Below, piece by piece: positions 1 to 10,542 of a stretch of 64,000 nt of DNA (positions within the stretch are counted from its first letter, which is position 1; each line of letters opens with the position of its first letter). The stretch is taken from sequence record OL780484.1. One strand, given 5' to 3'. This DNA is from Escherichia phage vB_EcoM-E33. The notes beneath the pieces are model-generated. The model was not told the DNA's origin and ran no database searches. It saw nothing but the letters and a program-made list of their open reading frames with translations. The translations under genes were made by a program, and so were the position numbers.

Positions 1-1316
1 ACGCTGATAGTCATATTATCAACTGAACTACTTCCTGTAGTATTTCCTCTGAACATTAGTGTAGAAGCATTGTTGTGGCCATCAATATTAACCGAACCAC
101 CAACAACATCAATATTACCAGGAGTAACTAACAAACCACCAGCGGTGTTAACGTTTGTAGTACCCTTACCACGGAAATAGTGGTGATAATTGCCACCTTG
201 ATAATAACCTAAAAGAGTTTGACCGTCGCCATACGCGTTATTATCATGATAAGTGACAACCGTCGCCAAAGCATAGTTTTCCGACGGAGGAGTGGTTAAA
301 TCGGTACCGTTTACAGAATAACCCATAACCATTTTTCTAAGACTGGTGGTTTCTGCAGGGCCGTACAGGAAAGTTCTCGTGCCGTTATTAACGCTGAAAT
401 AATATCCATCCTGATGCCATTTTAACCCGGTGTCATTATCGCCAAGAGCAATTGAAGCCGTTCCTAATTCAGAATATCCTTTAGAGTTACCTGGGGTGCC
501 TACAGAAATAGAATGGCCTGCTTTCAATCCACCGGACCAGGTAAATGACCAAAGATAAGCTTCTAAGCCGTCGCCGGCATACCAGGTTATTCCGTCATTA
601 TCTTTAACTTCATGGAAAATGCTCGAACTAACGGCATTTCGCATAACACGAAGGTGGTTAATAGCTGTTTCACTTTCTGCCAATGGGGTATTATCGGCCA
701 TTGAATAGATATCATAATCACCTTTAACCTTTTTATTAGTAATAACTTTATTGGTATAAATTACCGGAGTTGATACAGATTTCCATCCAAAAACTTCAGG
801 GGAAGAAAACACACCATTGCCTGAAAACGCGTAGGTGCTTTCGCCACTTGTCGCATAATCTTGTACGCGAATATTAACTACCTGAGTGGTCGCTCCAGCA
901 TTATTTGGCGAAAAGATAATGCCACGTTCGCGGGATGCGCCGTCAAAAAATCTCAAATGGGACGTCGATGCACTCTTAGAAATAAGCTCGCCACCTTCGG
1001 TCATTATCTGGCCAGCGGCAATAATGTCACGAGTTACACGAGCAATACCGGTTAAATTAAAATCACCTGTTTGGGTAAAGGTACCATTTAGGGTGTAATC
1101 GCCAGTCTGGTTGTAGTTACCGGTATGAATAACATTGCCGTCAATATTACCACCTTTAGCAAAGCCAAGGTCGATAATCGCTCCAGTATCGTCTTTAGTA
1201 AAAAGTAAACGGTCCTTTAAGTTAATAGCCAGTTCGCCTTCAGCCAACTGGGCCGGTGCTGGACGTACACCGGCTACTTTACTTCTTTTAAATTGGATTT
1301 GCTTTAAAGTAGCCAT
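1..1316 (-). CDS. 37: Long tail fibre distal subunit gp37, N-terminal part (gene continues past window start)
   Basis: Minus-strand ORF from ATG at 1316 translating MATLKQIQFKRSKVAGVRPA..., matching recalled T4 gp37 N-terminus; RBS AAGAGG upstream; synteny with 36/35/34. Confidence 0.85.
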   Translation of the reverse strand, partial: MATLKQIQFKRSKVAGVRPAPAQLAEGELAINLKDRLLFTKDDTGAIIDLGFAKGGNIDGNVIHTGNYNQTGDYTLNGTFTQTGDFNLTGIARVTRDIIAAGQIMTEGGELISKSASTSHLRFFDGASRERGIIFSPNNAGATTQVVNIRVQDYATSGESTYAFSGNGVFSSPEVFGWKSVSTPVIYTNKVITNKKVKGDYDIYSMADNTPLAESETAINHLRVMRNAVSSSIFHEVKDNDGITWYAGDGLEAYLWSFTWSGGLKAGHSISVGTPGNSKGYSELGTASIALGDNDTGLKWHQDGYYFSVNNGTRTFLYGPAETTSLRKMVMGYSVNGTDLTTPPSENYALATVVTYHDNNAYGDGQTLLGYYQGGNYHHYFRGKGTTNVNTAGGLLVTPGNIDVVGGSVNIDGHNNASTLMFRGNTTGSSSVDNMTIS

Positions 1317-1324
1317 AATGCCTC

Positions 1325-1972
1325 TTAATAATAACCAAAATCTTGAATAGAATCTTTAATAACAATCTGGTCAAAACGAGGAACGTGTCCTGCGTCAGAG
1401 GCCGGATTCAGCGAAATAAAGTTAGGAGCAGCAAGTACCCCGGTCATTGTTTGCATGTTAGTATTATTTATTTGGACTTGTTTTGCGTTATCTACTAACG
1501 ATAATCCTACTTGAGCTTTAGTAGGGGTGTTGCCTGGGCTGAATACACGACCTGATTCGTCATAAACTTGACGGGATAATGAATCACCCATTACTGTGAG
1601 GCGTTTAGCACCCACTACTGTACTTGGGTCAAATATAACGAACGGTGTACCGTCTTCCGTTTCATATCCAAAAGCACCTTTAATACGGAAAGAAGCCGTG
1701 AACGGGGCCCCGCCAGTTCTTGCTCCTAATTTAATACCATATCCATTGGTATCATTAAAGGTCAGGCCTTTTTCAAAATACACGTTATTCTTATAATTAC
1801 CACCATTTGCTTTTGAAACAAAGTCGTTATCAGCGGCTTGTGGTTTATTATATTCGGTGTAAACTTTATACGTTTTGTAAAGAAGGTCATTTGATACAGG
1901 CGTTAAGGGGAAATTACCTTGGTGCCATAATACTGAACCTCCTGCTGTAGAACCTAATTTTAAATCTGCCAT
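1325..1972 (-). CDS. 36: Long tail fibre connector gp36
   Basis: 215 aa, MADLKLGSTAGGSVLWHQGNFPL...PRFDQIVIKDSIQDFGYY closely matches recalled T4 gp36 (221 aa). Confidence 0.9.
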   Translation of the reverse strand: MADLKLGSTAGGSVLWHQGNFPLTPVSNDLLYKTYKVYTEYNKPQAADNDFVSKANGGNYKNNVYFEKGLTFNDTNGYGIKLGARTGGAPFTASFRIKGAFGYETEDGTPFVIFDPSTVVGAKRLTVMGDSLSRQVYDESGRVFSPGNTPTKAQVGLSLVDNAKQVQINNTNMQTMTGVLAAPNFISLNPASDAGHVPRFDQIVIKDSIQDFGYY

Positions 1973-2005
1973 TTGAGTTTCCTTTGGGAGTTATAGCCTT
2001 TTATA

Positions 2006-2013
2006 TATTTATG
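2006..2013 (-). promoter_or_regulatory. Late promoter-like motif for genes 36/37
   Basis: Minus-strand CATAAATA (one mismatch to TATAAATA) 34 nt upstream of the gene 36 ATG. Confidence 0.45.
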
Positions 2014-2030
2014 GCCGTAGAAAACGAAAA

Positions 2031-2048
2031 AGGAACCCGAAGGTTCCT
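2031..2048 (-). terminator. Intrinsic terminator hairpin after gene 35
   Basis: On the minus strand GGAACCttcgGGTTCC followed by TTTTTCGTTTTC, directly after the gene 35 stop. Confidence 0.7.
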
Positions 2049-3169
2049 TAATATTTTTCTCTAAATTCAGCGACCCAAACCTGACCAGGTTTAGTGCCTG
2101 TTTTATCATATAGCTGGGCTATGGTAGTACCCATATTTTTAGTTTCTGTACCAAAGTTCATACGAATACCGTTAACACCAAATTCAGCGGGTTTTGGCTG
2201 AGGTTCTGATTCAGATATCTCACCGAACATAACATTTCGAACTCCACCTTGTCCGGCCGAAGCTGTTTTTCTGGCATAAAGGGTAAAGTCTGTAGTACCT
2301 TCAGGAACCATTACTACCCGTTCAAATGTCATCCATGCACCAGCAGGAACGTTGGAAGGAACGTCCATATTAACTGTCCCGGTTAAAGCACCTGAGGCAT
2401 TAAAAAATCTAACAGACATCTGAGAGGTCCCGACGTCTTTTAAAGCTTGGTCGCGCATTAATTGAAACTTAAGGTAAAAGAATTCACCTGGTTTCATATT
2501 ATAATCTGTTAATGGGGTTGTAGGAGATTCGGTAGGAAATCGCTTAATTTCATCTCCATCATTGCTTAGATAAGTGCTTTCGTCTTCAACAATTCTGACA
2601 GGATATCCTGTACCACCAACGTCGCTGATATCATCAAATACCACTTCTAATGGGGTAGAAACATCTTCGACCAATACCCCATCATTATAAAGCACATGTT
2701 CCATTACTATAGCATTCCTTCCTGAAACATAAAATGCCGAATAAGACGGCTCGAAGCGGTCTATTAGCCATTTAGATGGAAATGCGGTACTTCCTGCTGC
2801 ACGGAACCAATCGATAAGTTTTTGTGAAGCATTTAATCTACCAGAAGATACTAAACAAACTATTCTATTAGCCGGTATAGAATTTATATACGTTATAAAA
2901 GCTTCAGAAATAACATCAAAATCTTTTGTAAAACTATAAGTTTTGTTAGCCACTATTTTGGGTTCAGCACTAACATCGATTTCTATAAGGTTTAATCCAT
3001 TTTGAAAATTCTGGGAACCGAAGTTCCCATCTTGAAATTTAACATATGCTTTTGTGGTAGACTTAGTACAACTACCAGCTATACTAAGTTTATACCTCAC
3101 AGCATTGTTTTCAGATAATGTAGGAACCTGGACATATCCTTGTCCAAATTCTGCCATAAATCTTTCCAT
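2048..3169 (-). CDS. 35: Long tail fibre hinge protein gp35
   Basis: 373 aa, MERFMAEFGQGYVQ... matches recalled T4 gp35 (372 aa). Confidence 0.9.
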   Translation of the reverse strand: MERFMAEFGQGYVQVPTLSENNAVRYKLSIAGSCTKSTTKAYVKFQDGNFGSQNFQNGLNLIEIDVSAEPKIVANKTYSFTKDFDVISEAFITYINSIPANRIVCLVSSGRLNASQKLIDWFRAAGSTAFPSKWLIDRFEPSYSAFYVSGRNAIVMEHVLYNDGVLVEDVSTPLEVVFDDISDVGGTGYPVRIVEDESTYLSNDGDEIKRFPTESPTTPLTDYNMKPGEFFYLKFQLMRDQALKDVGTSQMSVRFFNASGALTGTVNMDVPSNVPAGAWMTFERVVMVPEGTTDFTLYARKTASAGQGGVRNVMFGEISESEPQPKPAEFGVNGIRMNFGTETKNMGTTIAQLYDKTGTKPGQVWVAEFREKY

Positions 3170-3177
3170 AATACCTC

Positions 3178-6100
3178 TTATTCAATCCACTCAAACTTAA
3201 CGGATTTAGTGACCGGGTCAGGAATAATACGAACGTTACCAATACGTAACCAATCAAGGATTGTAATGTTACCCATTGTAGCGTTATCAGCAGGCAATGC
3301 ACCAACCTCTTCAGCAGAAGGAGGGTTATCTGCCGTATAGACCATAGAGAACGTAGTCCATGCGTTTTTATTTTTCTGCCAGGTACGTGTATAACGAATA
3401 GTACCACCATTCAGTCCTGTAGGATAGCACACCCAATCCTGATAACATGAATCCAATGTATTACCAAACTGAGTTAACGTACCAGGATATTTAACTTCCT
3501 TATCACGAACAGAATAATCAAACCAAGTACCACGTAATTTCTGACCTGATGTACCGAGAACCTCGTCACCAAAACTACCGTCTTCGTTACGATAACGAAT
3601 AGCCGGAGAACTAAATGCACCTGTTTCTGTTAACCAACCAGAAGCATTCCATATCTCGTCAGAAACACCGGCAGGTTTAGTTTGGACCGTATCAATATTA
3701 ACCTGACGTTTAGTTTTCATCGTCCAATAACCAGGGAACAGGTTAAATGTAGCCGAATCATCGATATCGACAGACCAGAAGCCAACGGTTTCTGCAGTAG
3801 GGGCCTGGGATGCTAATGTAGGTTTAACACCAACAGAACGGACGTATTTTTGAGCAACCAAACCATTATTTGCCGATACCTGCCCGGTGGAAACGATAGT
3901 ACCTGAAGTAGTTACGTTTTGCAACGAAGACAGAGCAGAAGCATTTAGTGTGGTTGTAGAAACACCGTTAGAAGTGGTTATACCTGTGATATTAGCATTC
4001 TTAGAAATACTAATGGAACCACTATTAACAGCAAAGTCACCAGTCGTATTAAAGGTCCAGTAGAAAGATTCTAAAGAACCCGGCGATGGAAGATAATGTA
4101 TTTTAAAATCACGAGTTCCGTCGTTTACAGTGCCTAAAGAGAATGTACCTTGCCCTAAACGTTGTTTAACAATAGGATGGAACTTGGCATCCGGGGTCGA
4201 ATTTATCTCGGCAAAAATCGGAGCTAAAGTATCACCTTGAGAGTTCCAAGTACCTGCACCAGATTGGGGTCCTACAAATTTAATAGATTTACCTGAGCTA
4301 ACAGATACATCATTTTTAAAAGTAGAATTTCCAGTTACTTCTAGAGAACCTAAAATAGTGTTGCCGGTAATATTAGCCGTACTAGAAGACACCAGAGGAG
4401 CGGCCAGGTTCAATTGTTTTGTCAACGTTAAAGAACCATTAACCGTTTGGTCAACGTCTCTACGAATGAACTGGAGTGAATCTAGGCCATCCAATTTCTC
4501 GGAGTTCACAGCCGTAGCATTTATAGGTAAAAAGTTCTGTAAAGTTTTATTCATCTCGTAAGATGAAACAGCATAACCTGTTTTAGGGTAGTTAGCTGCG
4601 TTCAGAACAGTATCGTCATTCTCATAAAGGCCTGTACCTGAGTTAAATTTAACACCAGAACCAGTAACTTTATTTCCTGAATAGGTTAAAGCACCTTCGG
4701 TTAGTTTAACAAATCCACGACGAAGTGCAGTAGCTTCCCAAGTGGTTTCAGTTTGTACTACATATTTTAAACCAGAAGGGCTTACAGCCAGAACTTTAGA
4801 AGTTCCTGCGGTTGTTTCGGTATTCGTTGCAACACGAATAATACCTTCAGAACTTTCAGTAGATTTTTTATAATGCAATTTCAAAGGAGTGATGATAGTT
4901 TTATCATCGGTACCAACGTTGACTTCGGTCTGGGTCGCCAGGCGAGCAGTACCACGTTGTGTCTCATTTGCTTCTCTAATATCTAGTGTATAATGGTTCC
5001 ATAAGGTTCCTGATTCAATCAAACCACTGGCTGCTGAGACAGAAGTTCTAGCAGTATCATTAAATCTTGTTTTAACTTTCAACGGAGTTGAAATAACATT
5101 ATCTAACGTACCAGCATCAAATTCTACCTGTGTTGCAATTCTAGCAATACCAGTCAATCCTTCCGTAGCTTTCCTATCATTTAACGTCTTAGGCGTTACC
5201 GCACGAGTATAATCTGTTCCAGTATCAGTTTCCTGTTGCGTAGCAATTTCAATTAACCCTGTACGAGTATCAAGGGCCACACGAGCATGTAATGTTTCCG
5301 GAGAAACAGCACTGTTGGCAAATCCACTTGCAGTTTGACCTGCGTTAACTTCAGATTGGTTAGAAAGATATACTGTACCCTGTTGAACTTGGGTAGCTTT
5401 ATACTGGTCGAGAGCTTTAGGAGAAATAACCAAATTGCCTACGTTCTTATTATAAACGTTAGTACCTACAGTGTCTCTAGCAGTCGCAGGAGTGGTTCCT
5501 ACAGTAGAGGTATATGTTACAATACCTGAAAGACTTTCCGAACCCTGGCGTGCTTGTAGCTTCTTAGGAGTGATGATTGTAGTATCATCTGTACCCGTGT
5601 TAGTTTCAACTTGCGTAGCAATTTCAGCAACACCACGGCGAGTTTCGGTTGCAGTACGTTCGTTTAATTTCTTAGGAGAAATAATCAAATCGTCCTGGAA
5701 TGCGAAGGTTGTGTCCTGGTTCACCTGAGCAGTAGTAGCAATACGAGCAATACCACGACGAGATTCAGTCGCTACACGATTAGCTAAAGTCTGTGGAGTA
5801 ATTGCAAGTTCTTTCTCAGGGTTATTTTCATGGTCAACGTTTGCCTGAGTCTGCGACGCAAGGGCAATAACACCTAAACGAGCACGAGTTAAATCATCTT
5901 TAGAATCTACACGTTCTATAGTAGGAACGTTCTGAGCAACAACCCAATATTTGCCACCTGTAGTGGTGTCTTCGATATAACTCAGTTCAATAACCGGAGT
6001 ATAACTTATATTGCCATTAAAGGTCAGTACGTCATTCAATACCCATTCGGTTTCTGGTGGATATTCTGAACGTTTAGGGAATTGAAGCAACTGGACGGAT

Positions 6101-7227
6101 GAAGCAATCTTATCTCCTACGGCAGCCTTAATATTTACTGTCTGAGCTTTACGGAGATAGTTCAGAGCAATCTTAACGACATCACCCTGGGCCACACCGG
6201 TAGGTAATGTGATATTAATTGTCTGGGGTGTCGTGTTATTAGGACCAAAAACAATAACACTTTCGTTAGCCAAGAGTTCAACATCGTCACGAATTACACG
6301 TAAACGAGTTTGTCGGTCGCCGTCCCAAACATACCATAATTTTTCGGTAGAGTTATAAACAAAGAATCCATCACCTGAAGTACGGAATTCCATGCTATGC
6401 TGGCCAGGCTTACCTAATGAAGATGACGCATCAAATGTTTCAACGATTAAGTGGAATTTACTTCCTAAACCATCGATATCAACGGTTTTAATAATATCAC
6501 CTTGGTTCGCATACTTAGGAAGAGTAAACTTAATTACTGCACCTGAAGTATAACGACGTAAAACGTTATCACCCGCTTGTGATTGGAACTGGGCGGTGTT
6601 CGGTTCTACACGAATACCACGTTCTTCATTAGCTGCTTCCCAGAAATGCCATAAACGGTTGGCAAAGATAATCATATTATAGGAAAAAGGCTTCGTAATT
6701 AAGGTCTCAGTGAACTGGTTACCGAAACGGACAATTTTCTGATTACCACCACCTGGAGCAGAACTAGACTGGAGCTTAATTTCATTATAACCTACACGGC
6801 CACCAATATCCTTGATTACGATGGTATCACCATCAGTAGGGTTAGGAGGCAGGGTAAACGTAGTAAAGCTAGCAGCAGAATCCACAGCAATATATTCACC
6901 GGAAGCCAGCTGGCGTGTAGGAGATGCTACGGTAATCCATTTAGGGTCAGTACGGGTAGCAGTCCAATAACCTGGTACAAAGGCTCCTGCCGGAGCATCG
7001 ATATCACGTTGAGCAACCCAGATACGTTGGTCATGGATTACGGCAAACCCTTTCTTATATCCGCGCGTCTCGTCGTACGCCTGGATGGTGTTCTCATCTA
7101 TAAAGAATTCAACGTTGACGCCGTCGTCTAATACATTGTAATCGGCTTTGGCAACATTGATAACTTTCTCGCCTGCAGCATCGAGTCCGGATGTAGCACG
7201 GAAGGCAGGTTTTAAAATATCGGCCAT
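3178..7227 (-). CDS. 34: Long tail fibre proximal subunit gp34
   Basis: 1349 aa; C-terminal GNVRIIPDPVTKSVKFEWIE and internal repeats (TATETRRG..ATQ) match recalled T4 gp34 (1289 aa). Confidence 0.92.
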   Translation of the reverse strand: MADILKPAFRATSGLDAAGEKVINVAKADYNVLDDGVNVEFFIDENTIQAYDETRGYKKGFAVIHDQRIWVAQRDIDAPAGAFVPGYWTATRTDPKWITVASPTRQLASGEYIAVDSAASFTTFTLPPNPTDGDTIVIKDIGGRVGYNEIKLQSSSAPGGGNQKIVRFGNQFTETLITKPFSYNMIIFANRLWHFWEAANEERGIRVEPNTAQFQSQAGDNVLRRYTSGAVIKFTLPKYANQGDIIKTVDIDGLGSKFHLIVETFDASSSLGKPGQHSMEFRTSGDGFFVYNSTEKLWYVWDGDRQTRLRVIRDDVELLANESVIVFGPNNTTPQTINITLPTGVAQGDVVKIALNYLRKAQTVNIKAAVGDKIASSVQLLQFPKRSEYPPETEWVLNDVLTFNGNISYTPVIELSYIEDTTTGGKYWVVAQNVPTIERVDSKDDLTRARLGVIALASQTQANVDHENNPEKELAITPQTLANRVATESRRGIARIATTAQVNQDTTFAFQDDLIISPKKLNERTATETRRGVAEIATQVETNTGTDDTTIITPKKLQARQGSESLSGIVTYTSTVGTTPATARDTVGTNVYNKNVGNLVISPKALDQYKATQVQQGTVYLSNQSEVNAGQTASGFANSAVSPETLHARVALDTRTGLIEIATQQETDTGTDYTRAVTPKTLNDRKATEGLTGIARIATQVEFDAGTLDNVISTPLKVKTRFNDTARTSVSAASGLIESGTLWNHYTLDIREANETQRGTARLATQTEVNVGTDDKTIITPLKLHYKKSTESSEGIIRVATNTETTAGTSKVLAVSPSGLKYVVQTETTWEATALRRGFVKLTEGALTYSGNKVTGSGVKFNSGTGLYENDDTVLNAANYPKTGYAVSSYEMNKTLQNFLPINATAVNSEKLDGLDSLQFIRRDVDQTVNGSLTLTKQLNLAAPLVSSSTANITGNTILGSLEVTGNSTFKNDVSVSSGKSIKFVGPQSGAGTWNSQGDTLAPIFAEINSTPDAKFHPIVKQRLGQGTFSLGTVNDGTRDFKIHYLPSPGSLESFYWTFNTTGDFAVNSGSISISKNANITGITTSNGVSTTTLNASALSSLQNVTTSGTIVSTGQVSANNGLVAQKYVRSVGVKPTLASQAPTAETVGFWSVDIDDSATFNLFPGYWTMKTKRQVNIDTVQTKPAGVSDEIWNASGWLTETGAFSSPAIRYRNEDGSFGDEVLGTSGQKLRGTWFDYSVRDKEVKYPGTLTQFGNTLDSCYQDWVCYPTGLNGGTIRYTRTWQKNKNAWTTFSMVYTADNPPSAEEVGALPADNATMGNITILDWLRIGNVRIIPDPVTKSVKFEWIE

Positions 7228-7259
7228 TTTATTTCCTTTTCGTTTTCAGGGTATAGAAC

Positions 7260-7267
7260 TATTTATA
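7260..7267 (-). promoter_or_regulatory. Late promoter for gene 34
   Basis: Minus-strand TATAAATA 33 nt upstream of the gene 34 ATG. Confidence 0.75.
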
Positions 7268-7274
7268 GCAAAGT

Positions 7275-7303
7275 GTTTACTTCTTCTAGGGTCGTGATAT
7301 AAT
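7275..7303 (+). promoter_or_regulatory. Early (sigma70-type) promoter for rnh
   Basis: GTTTAC, 17 bp spacer, TATAAT. Confidence 0.75.
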
Positions 7304-7334
7304 GAACCTCTACACTAATTGGACAGAGGTTCAT

Positions 7335-8282
7335 ATGAACGATTTAGATTTTTTACTTCCTGAAGAAGACCAACAAAAAGATGGATTTTTACTCCTAGAT
7401 TTCAGCCAAATCATTATGGCTGCAGCTTTCCAAGAGTTTGGTGAGAATGCTGGATTTCCTAAAGTAACTACAGCAATGCTTCGACACCTCGTGTTGAATT
7501 CAATTAAGAAAAATATTAAAGACTTTAAAAAACAGGGGTACAACCAACTGGTTATTTGTGTTGATAACTCTAAATCAGGTTATTGGCGTCGTCGCTATTC
7601 ACCTTATTATAAGAAAAACCGTGCTAAGGCACGTGACGAATCACCATTTGATTGGGAAGGTTTATTCACAGCAATGCATATTATTGTTGATGAACTGGAA
7701 CAAAACATGCCTTATATTGTTATGAATATCGATACAATCGAAGCTGATGACCATATTGCTGTTTTAACCCGAATCCTCACGGCTTTAGGCCATCCAGTTA
7801 TGATTGGTTCTTCGGATGGCGACTTTACTCAACTCCATAAATTCCCTGGGGTAAAACAATGGTCTCCAATGCAGAAAAAATTCGTCAAAACAAAATCTGG
7901 CGATTCATTATTAGATTGTGTAACTAAGGTTGTTAAAGGCGACCGCAAGGATAACGTCGCGAGTATTAAAGTTCGTGGTGATTACTGGTTGACGATGGTT
8001 GAAGGCGAACGTACTCCTAGCACTCGTGCCAAGGAACTTGAAGCAATTGCTCTGAATTATTACGACCATGATATAATTAAAACACTTCTTACTGAAGAAC
8101 AATATGAACGTTTCTGTGAAAACCAAATCTTAATTGATATGGACTTTATTCCAGATGATATTGTTGCTTTAATTACTGAAAGATATAATACGTATAACAA
8201 ACCTTCGAAATCTAAAGTTTATCCTTATTTCGTTAAATCTGGTTTGTCTAAACTAACTGCTACAGTAGCTGATTTTTATTAA
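7335..8282 (+). CDS. rnh: RNase H (5'-3' exonuclease, FEN-like)
   Basis: Matches recalled T4 rnh (DFSQI..., SSDGDFTQLHK, GERTPS). ORF-track start 7302 lies inside the -10 of an early promoter; ATG 7335 has a GAGG RBS. Confidence 0.88.
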   Translation: MNDLDFLLPEEDQQKDGFLLLDFSQIIMAAAFQEFGENAGFPKVTTAMLRHLVLNSIKKNIKDFKKQGYNQLVICVDNSKSGYWRRRYSPYYKKNRAKARDESPFDWEGLFTAMHIIVDELEQNMPYIVMNIDTIEADDHIAVLTRILTALGHPVMIGSSDGDFTQLHKFPGVKQWSPMQKKFVKTKSGDSLLDCVTKVVKGDRKDNVASIKVRGDYWLTMVEGERTPSTRAKELEAIALNYYDHDIIKTLLTEEQYERFCENQILIDMDFIPDDIVALITERYNTYNKPSKSKVYPYFVKSGLSKLTATVADFY

Positions 8283-8292
8283 GGTGAATATA

Positions 8293-8562
8293 ATGGCTAA
8301 AGAAAAAGTGAAAGTTGAATTCAATCAAGAAGAACATGGTAACACATTGGCACAACTGATTAAGTCTGCTTCCGATACTAAATTAAAAATGGAAGCTTAC
8401 GGTGACGAAATTAAAGATATCAAAGACCGTGCTAAGACTGAACTTGGTGTAGACGGTAAAATGTTTAACCAACTGTTCTCTCTGTACCATAAAGGCACCC
8501 GTGAACGTTTCGAAGACGAAAAAACTGAAGTGGTAGAACTGTATGACACAATCTTTGAATGA
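8293..8562 (+). CDS. dsbA: dsDNA-binding protein DsbA (late transcription)
   Basis: 89 aa from ATG 8293 (ORF track begins at an upstream GTG); size and position between rnh and 33 as in T4. Confidence 0.7.
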   Translation: MAKEKVKVEFNQEEHGNTLAQLIKSASDTKLKMEAYGDEIKDIKDRAKTELGVDGKMFNQLFSLYHKGTRERFEDEKTEVVELYDTIFE

Positions 8563-8845
8563 TTTTGATGGAGCGGTTAATACCGCTTCCGAACCTGTCC
8601 ATGTGCTCGTAAACAAACAACAGAATGGCCTTGATATTGAGGCCTTTGTTGAAGCTGAAGGTTGTAGTTACCTCGAAGCGGCTACCGCATGGTTGGAAGA
8701 GAACAGCATCCCTGAAGGTAACTTTGCTCGTTATTTGCCTGCAGGAATTATTGATAAAATTATGAACGAAGCCATTGATGATAACTTGCTTCGACCTTCA
8801 ATGGCTCGAACGCAAAAAACTAATACTCTGGATTTCTTGTTATGA
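8543..8845 (+). CDS. 33: Late transcription co-activator gp33 (by synteny)
   Basis: 100 aa ORF between dsbA and gene 59, the T4 position of gene 33; sequence not independently recognised. Confidence 0.65.
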   Translation: MTQSLNDFDGAVNTASEPVHVLVNKQQNGLDIEAFVEAEGCSYLEAATAWLEENSIPEGNFARYLPAGIIDKIMNEAIDDNLLRPSMARTQKTNTLDFLL

Positions 8846-9495
8846 TTAAGATTCGCATGCCACCAAACAATAACCGTATGGTGAATGGTAAGAGCGTATA
8901 TTCACTATACTTAATGCTCAAACATCACTTCAATGCCAAATACGACGTTATAAAATATAACTGGGTCATGCGAATCTCTGATACGGCTTATCAAAAACGT
9001 CGTGACAAATATTTCTTTGAGAAATTGAGTGATAAATACACTTTGAAAGAGCTTGCTCTTATCTTCATGAGTAACTTGGTGGCTAACCAAGACGCATGGA
9101 TTGGCGACATCAGTGATGCTGACGCCTTAGTCTTTTACCGAGAATATATCGGTAGACTTAAAAGAATAAAACAAGTTTTTGAGGATGATATCAAAAACAT
9201 TTATTATTTTAGTAAGAAAGTGGAAGTTCAAGCGCTTTCTGAAATTTTTGATTATAATAAAAAAGTTAACTCGAGCTATATTTTTAAGCTCCTTCAATCG
9301 AATGTGATTTCATTCGAAACGTTTATTTTGCTTGATTCATTTATGGATATAATAAATAAACATGATGAACAGACCAACGATTTAGTATGGTCTAAGTATT
9401 CGACTAAATTAAATGCTTATAAGAAAATTCTTATAATCGATAATTTAGAAGCTCGTAAATGGTTCATTGAAACTATCAAATCTTGTAAGTTTTAA
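8842..9495 (+). CDS. 59: Helicase loader gp59
   Basis: 217 aa, MIKIRMP...YNWVMRISD...WIGDISDADALVFYREYIGRLK, near-identical to recalled T4 gp59 (217 aa). Confidence 0.9.
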   Translation: MIKIRMPPNNNRMVNGKSVYSLYLMLKHHFNAKYDVIKYNWVMRISDTAYQKRRDKYFFEKLSDKYTLKELALIFMSNLVANQDAWIGDISDADALVFYREYIGRLKRIKQVFEDDIKNIYYFSKKVEVQALSEIFDYNKKVNSSYIFKLLQSNVISFETFILLDSFMDIINKHDEQTNDLVWSKYSTKLNAYKKILIIDNLEARKWFIETIKSCKF

Positions 9496-9523
9496 TGCTT
9501 CAAACCAACTGTGTTAATATACT
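9496..9523 (+). promoter_or_regulatory. Putative MotA-dependent middle promoter for gene 32
   Basis: TTTAATGCTTCA MotA-box-like motif then a -10-like AATATACT about 15-17 bp downstream. Confidence 0.4.
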
Positions 9524-9584
9524 AACTCAATCTGTTAAAAACTGTTAATAAAATATAACTGCTAAATCTGCTAAGGTAAATAAT
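9524..9584 (+). promoter_or_regulatory. Gene 32 5' leader with periodic CTG(T/C)TAA repeats (putative gp32 autoregulatory operator)
   Basis: CTGTTAA at 9532 and 9542, CTGCTAA at 9559 and 9568, AU-rich, ending at the gene 32 RBS. Confidence 0.5.
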
Positions 9585-10490
9585 ATGTTTAAACGTAAAG
9601 ACCCTTCCCAACTGGCTGCTCAACTGTCTGCAATGAAAGGTGGTTCTTCTTTCTCTTCCGATGATAAAGCTGAATGGAAATTGAAAGATGACAATGGCGT
9701 TGGTACTGCGGTAATTCGTTTCCTACCTTCGAAAAACGAAGAAAATCCATCTCCATTCATTAAGCTCGTTAACCACGGCTTTAAGAAAAATGGTCAATGG
9801 TACATTGAAAACTGTACGTCTACACACGGTGATTTCGATTCATGTCCTGTATGTAAATACATGAACCAGAATGATACCTTTAATACTAATAATGCCGAAT
9901 ACAAACTGATGAAACGTAAAACTTCCTTCTGGGCTAACATCCTTGTTATTAAGGATAGTGCAGTGCCTGCTAACGAAGGTAAAGTGTTTAAATTCCGTTT
10001 CGGTCAGAAAATTATGGATAAAATCAACCAGATGGTTGAAGTTGATACCGATATTGGTGAAGTGCCGGTTGACGTAACATGTCCGTTTGATGGTGCGAAC
10101 TTCGTACTGAAATCTAAGAAAGTTGGCGACTTCAAGAACTATGACGATTCCAAATTCATGGGTCAGTCTGAAATTCCTAACATCAATGATGAAGCTTACC
10201 AAGCTAAATTGATGGAAGAAATGCACGACCTTTCTAAACTGCTCGATTTCAAATCATTCGAAACTAACGAAGCCAAGTTTAAGAAAGTTGTTGGTACAGC
10301 TGCTCTTGGTGGTGCTGCCGCTAAAGCTTCTGCAGCCGCTGATAAGATTGGTGATGACCTGGACGCATTCAGTGCAGACCTTGATGCATATGATTCTAAA
10401 CCATCTACACCGACTCGTTCCACTACTCCTGAGCCGTCAGTAAGTCCTTCTGATGACGATGGTCTGGACGACCTGTTAGCTGGTCTATAA
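9585..10490 (+). CDS. 32: ssDNA-binding protein gp32
   Basis: 301 aa, MFKRK...VIRFLPSKN...[10 protein letters not shown]...acidic C-terminus; matches recalled T4 gp32 (301 aa). Confidence 0.95.
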   Translation: MFKRKDPSQLAAQLSAMKGGSSFSSDDKAEWKLKDDNGVGTAVIRFLPSKNEENPSPFIKLVNHGFKKNGQWYIENCTSTHGDFDSCPVCKYMNQNDTFNTNNAEYKLMKRKTSFWANILVIKDSAVPANEGKVFKFRFGQKIMDKINQMVEVDTDIGEVPVDVTCPFDGANFVLKSKKVGDFKNYDDSKFMGQSEIPNINDEAYQAKLMEEMHDLSKLLDFKSFETNEAKFKKVVGTAALGGAAAKASAAADKIGDDLDAFSADLDAYDSKPSTPTRSTTPEPSVSPSDDDGLDDLLAGL

Positions 10491-10506
10491 GTTATTGATT
10501 TATAAT

Positions 10507-10531
10507 GGGAAGACTTCGGTCTTCCCTTTTT
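10507..10531 (+). terminator. Intrinsic terminator after gene 32
   Basis: GGGAAGACttcgGTCTTCCC followed by TTTTT. Confidence 0.85.
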
Positions 10532-10542
10532 GGCATTTAATG

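Noticed and set aside
7302-7334. N-terminal extensions in the ORF track (for example rnh at 7302, frd at 11611, nrdB at 15981, denA at 17193, 20094, ligase at 28122, gene 19 at 58097, gene 51 at 42599)
   Set aside because: These upstream starts fall inside promoter hexamers or terminator hairpins, lack an RBS, or use GTG/TTG; downstream ATGs with RBS match the recalled T4 N-termini.
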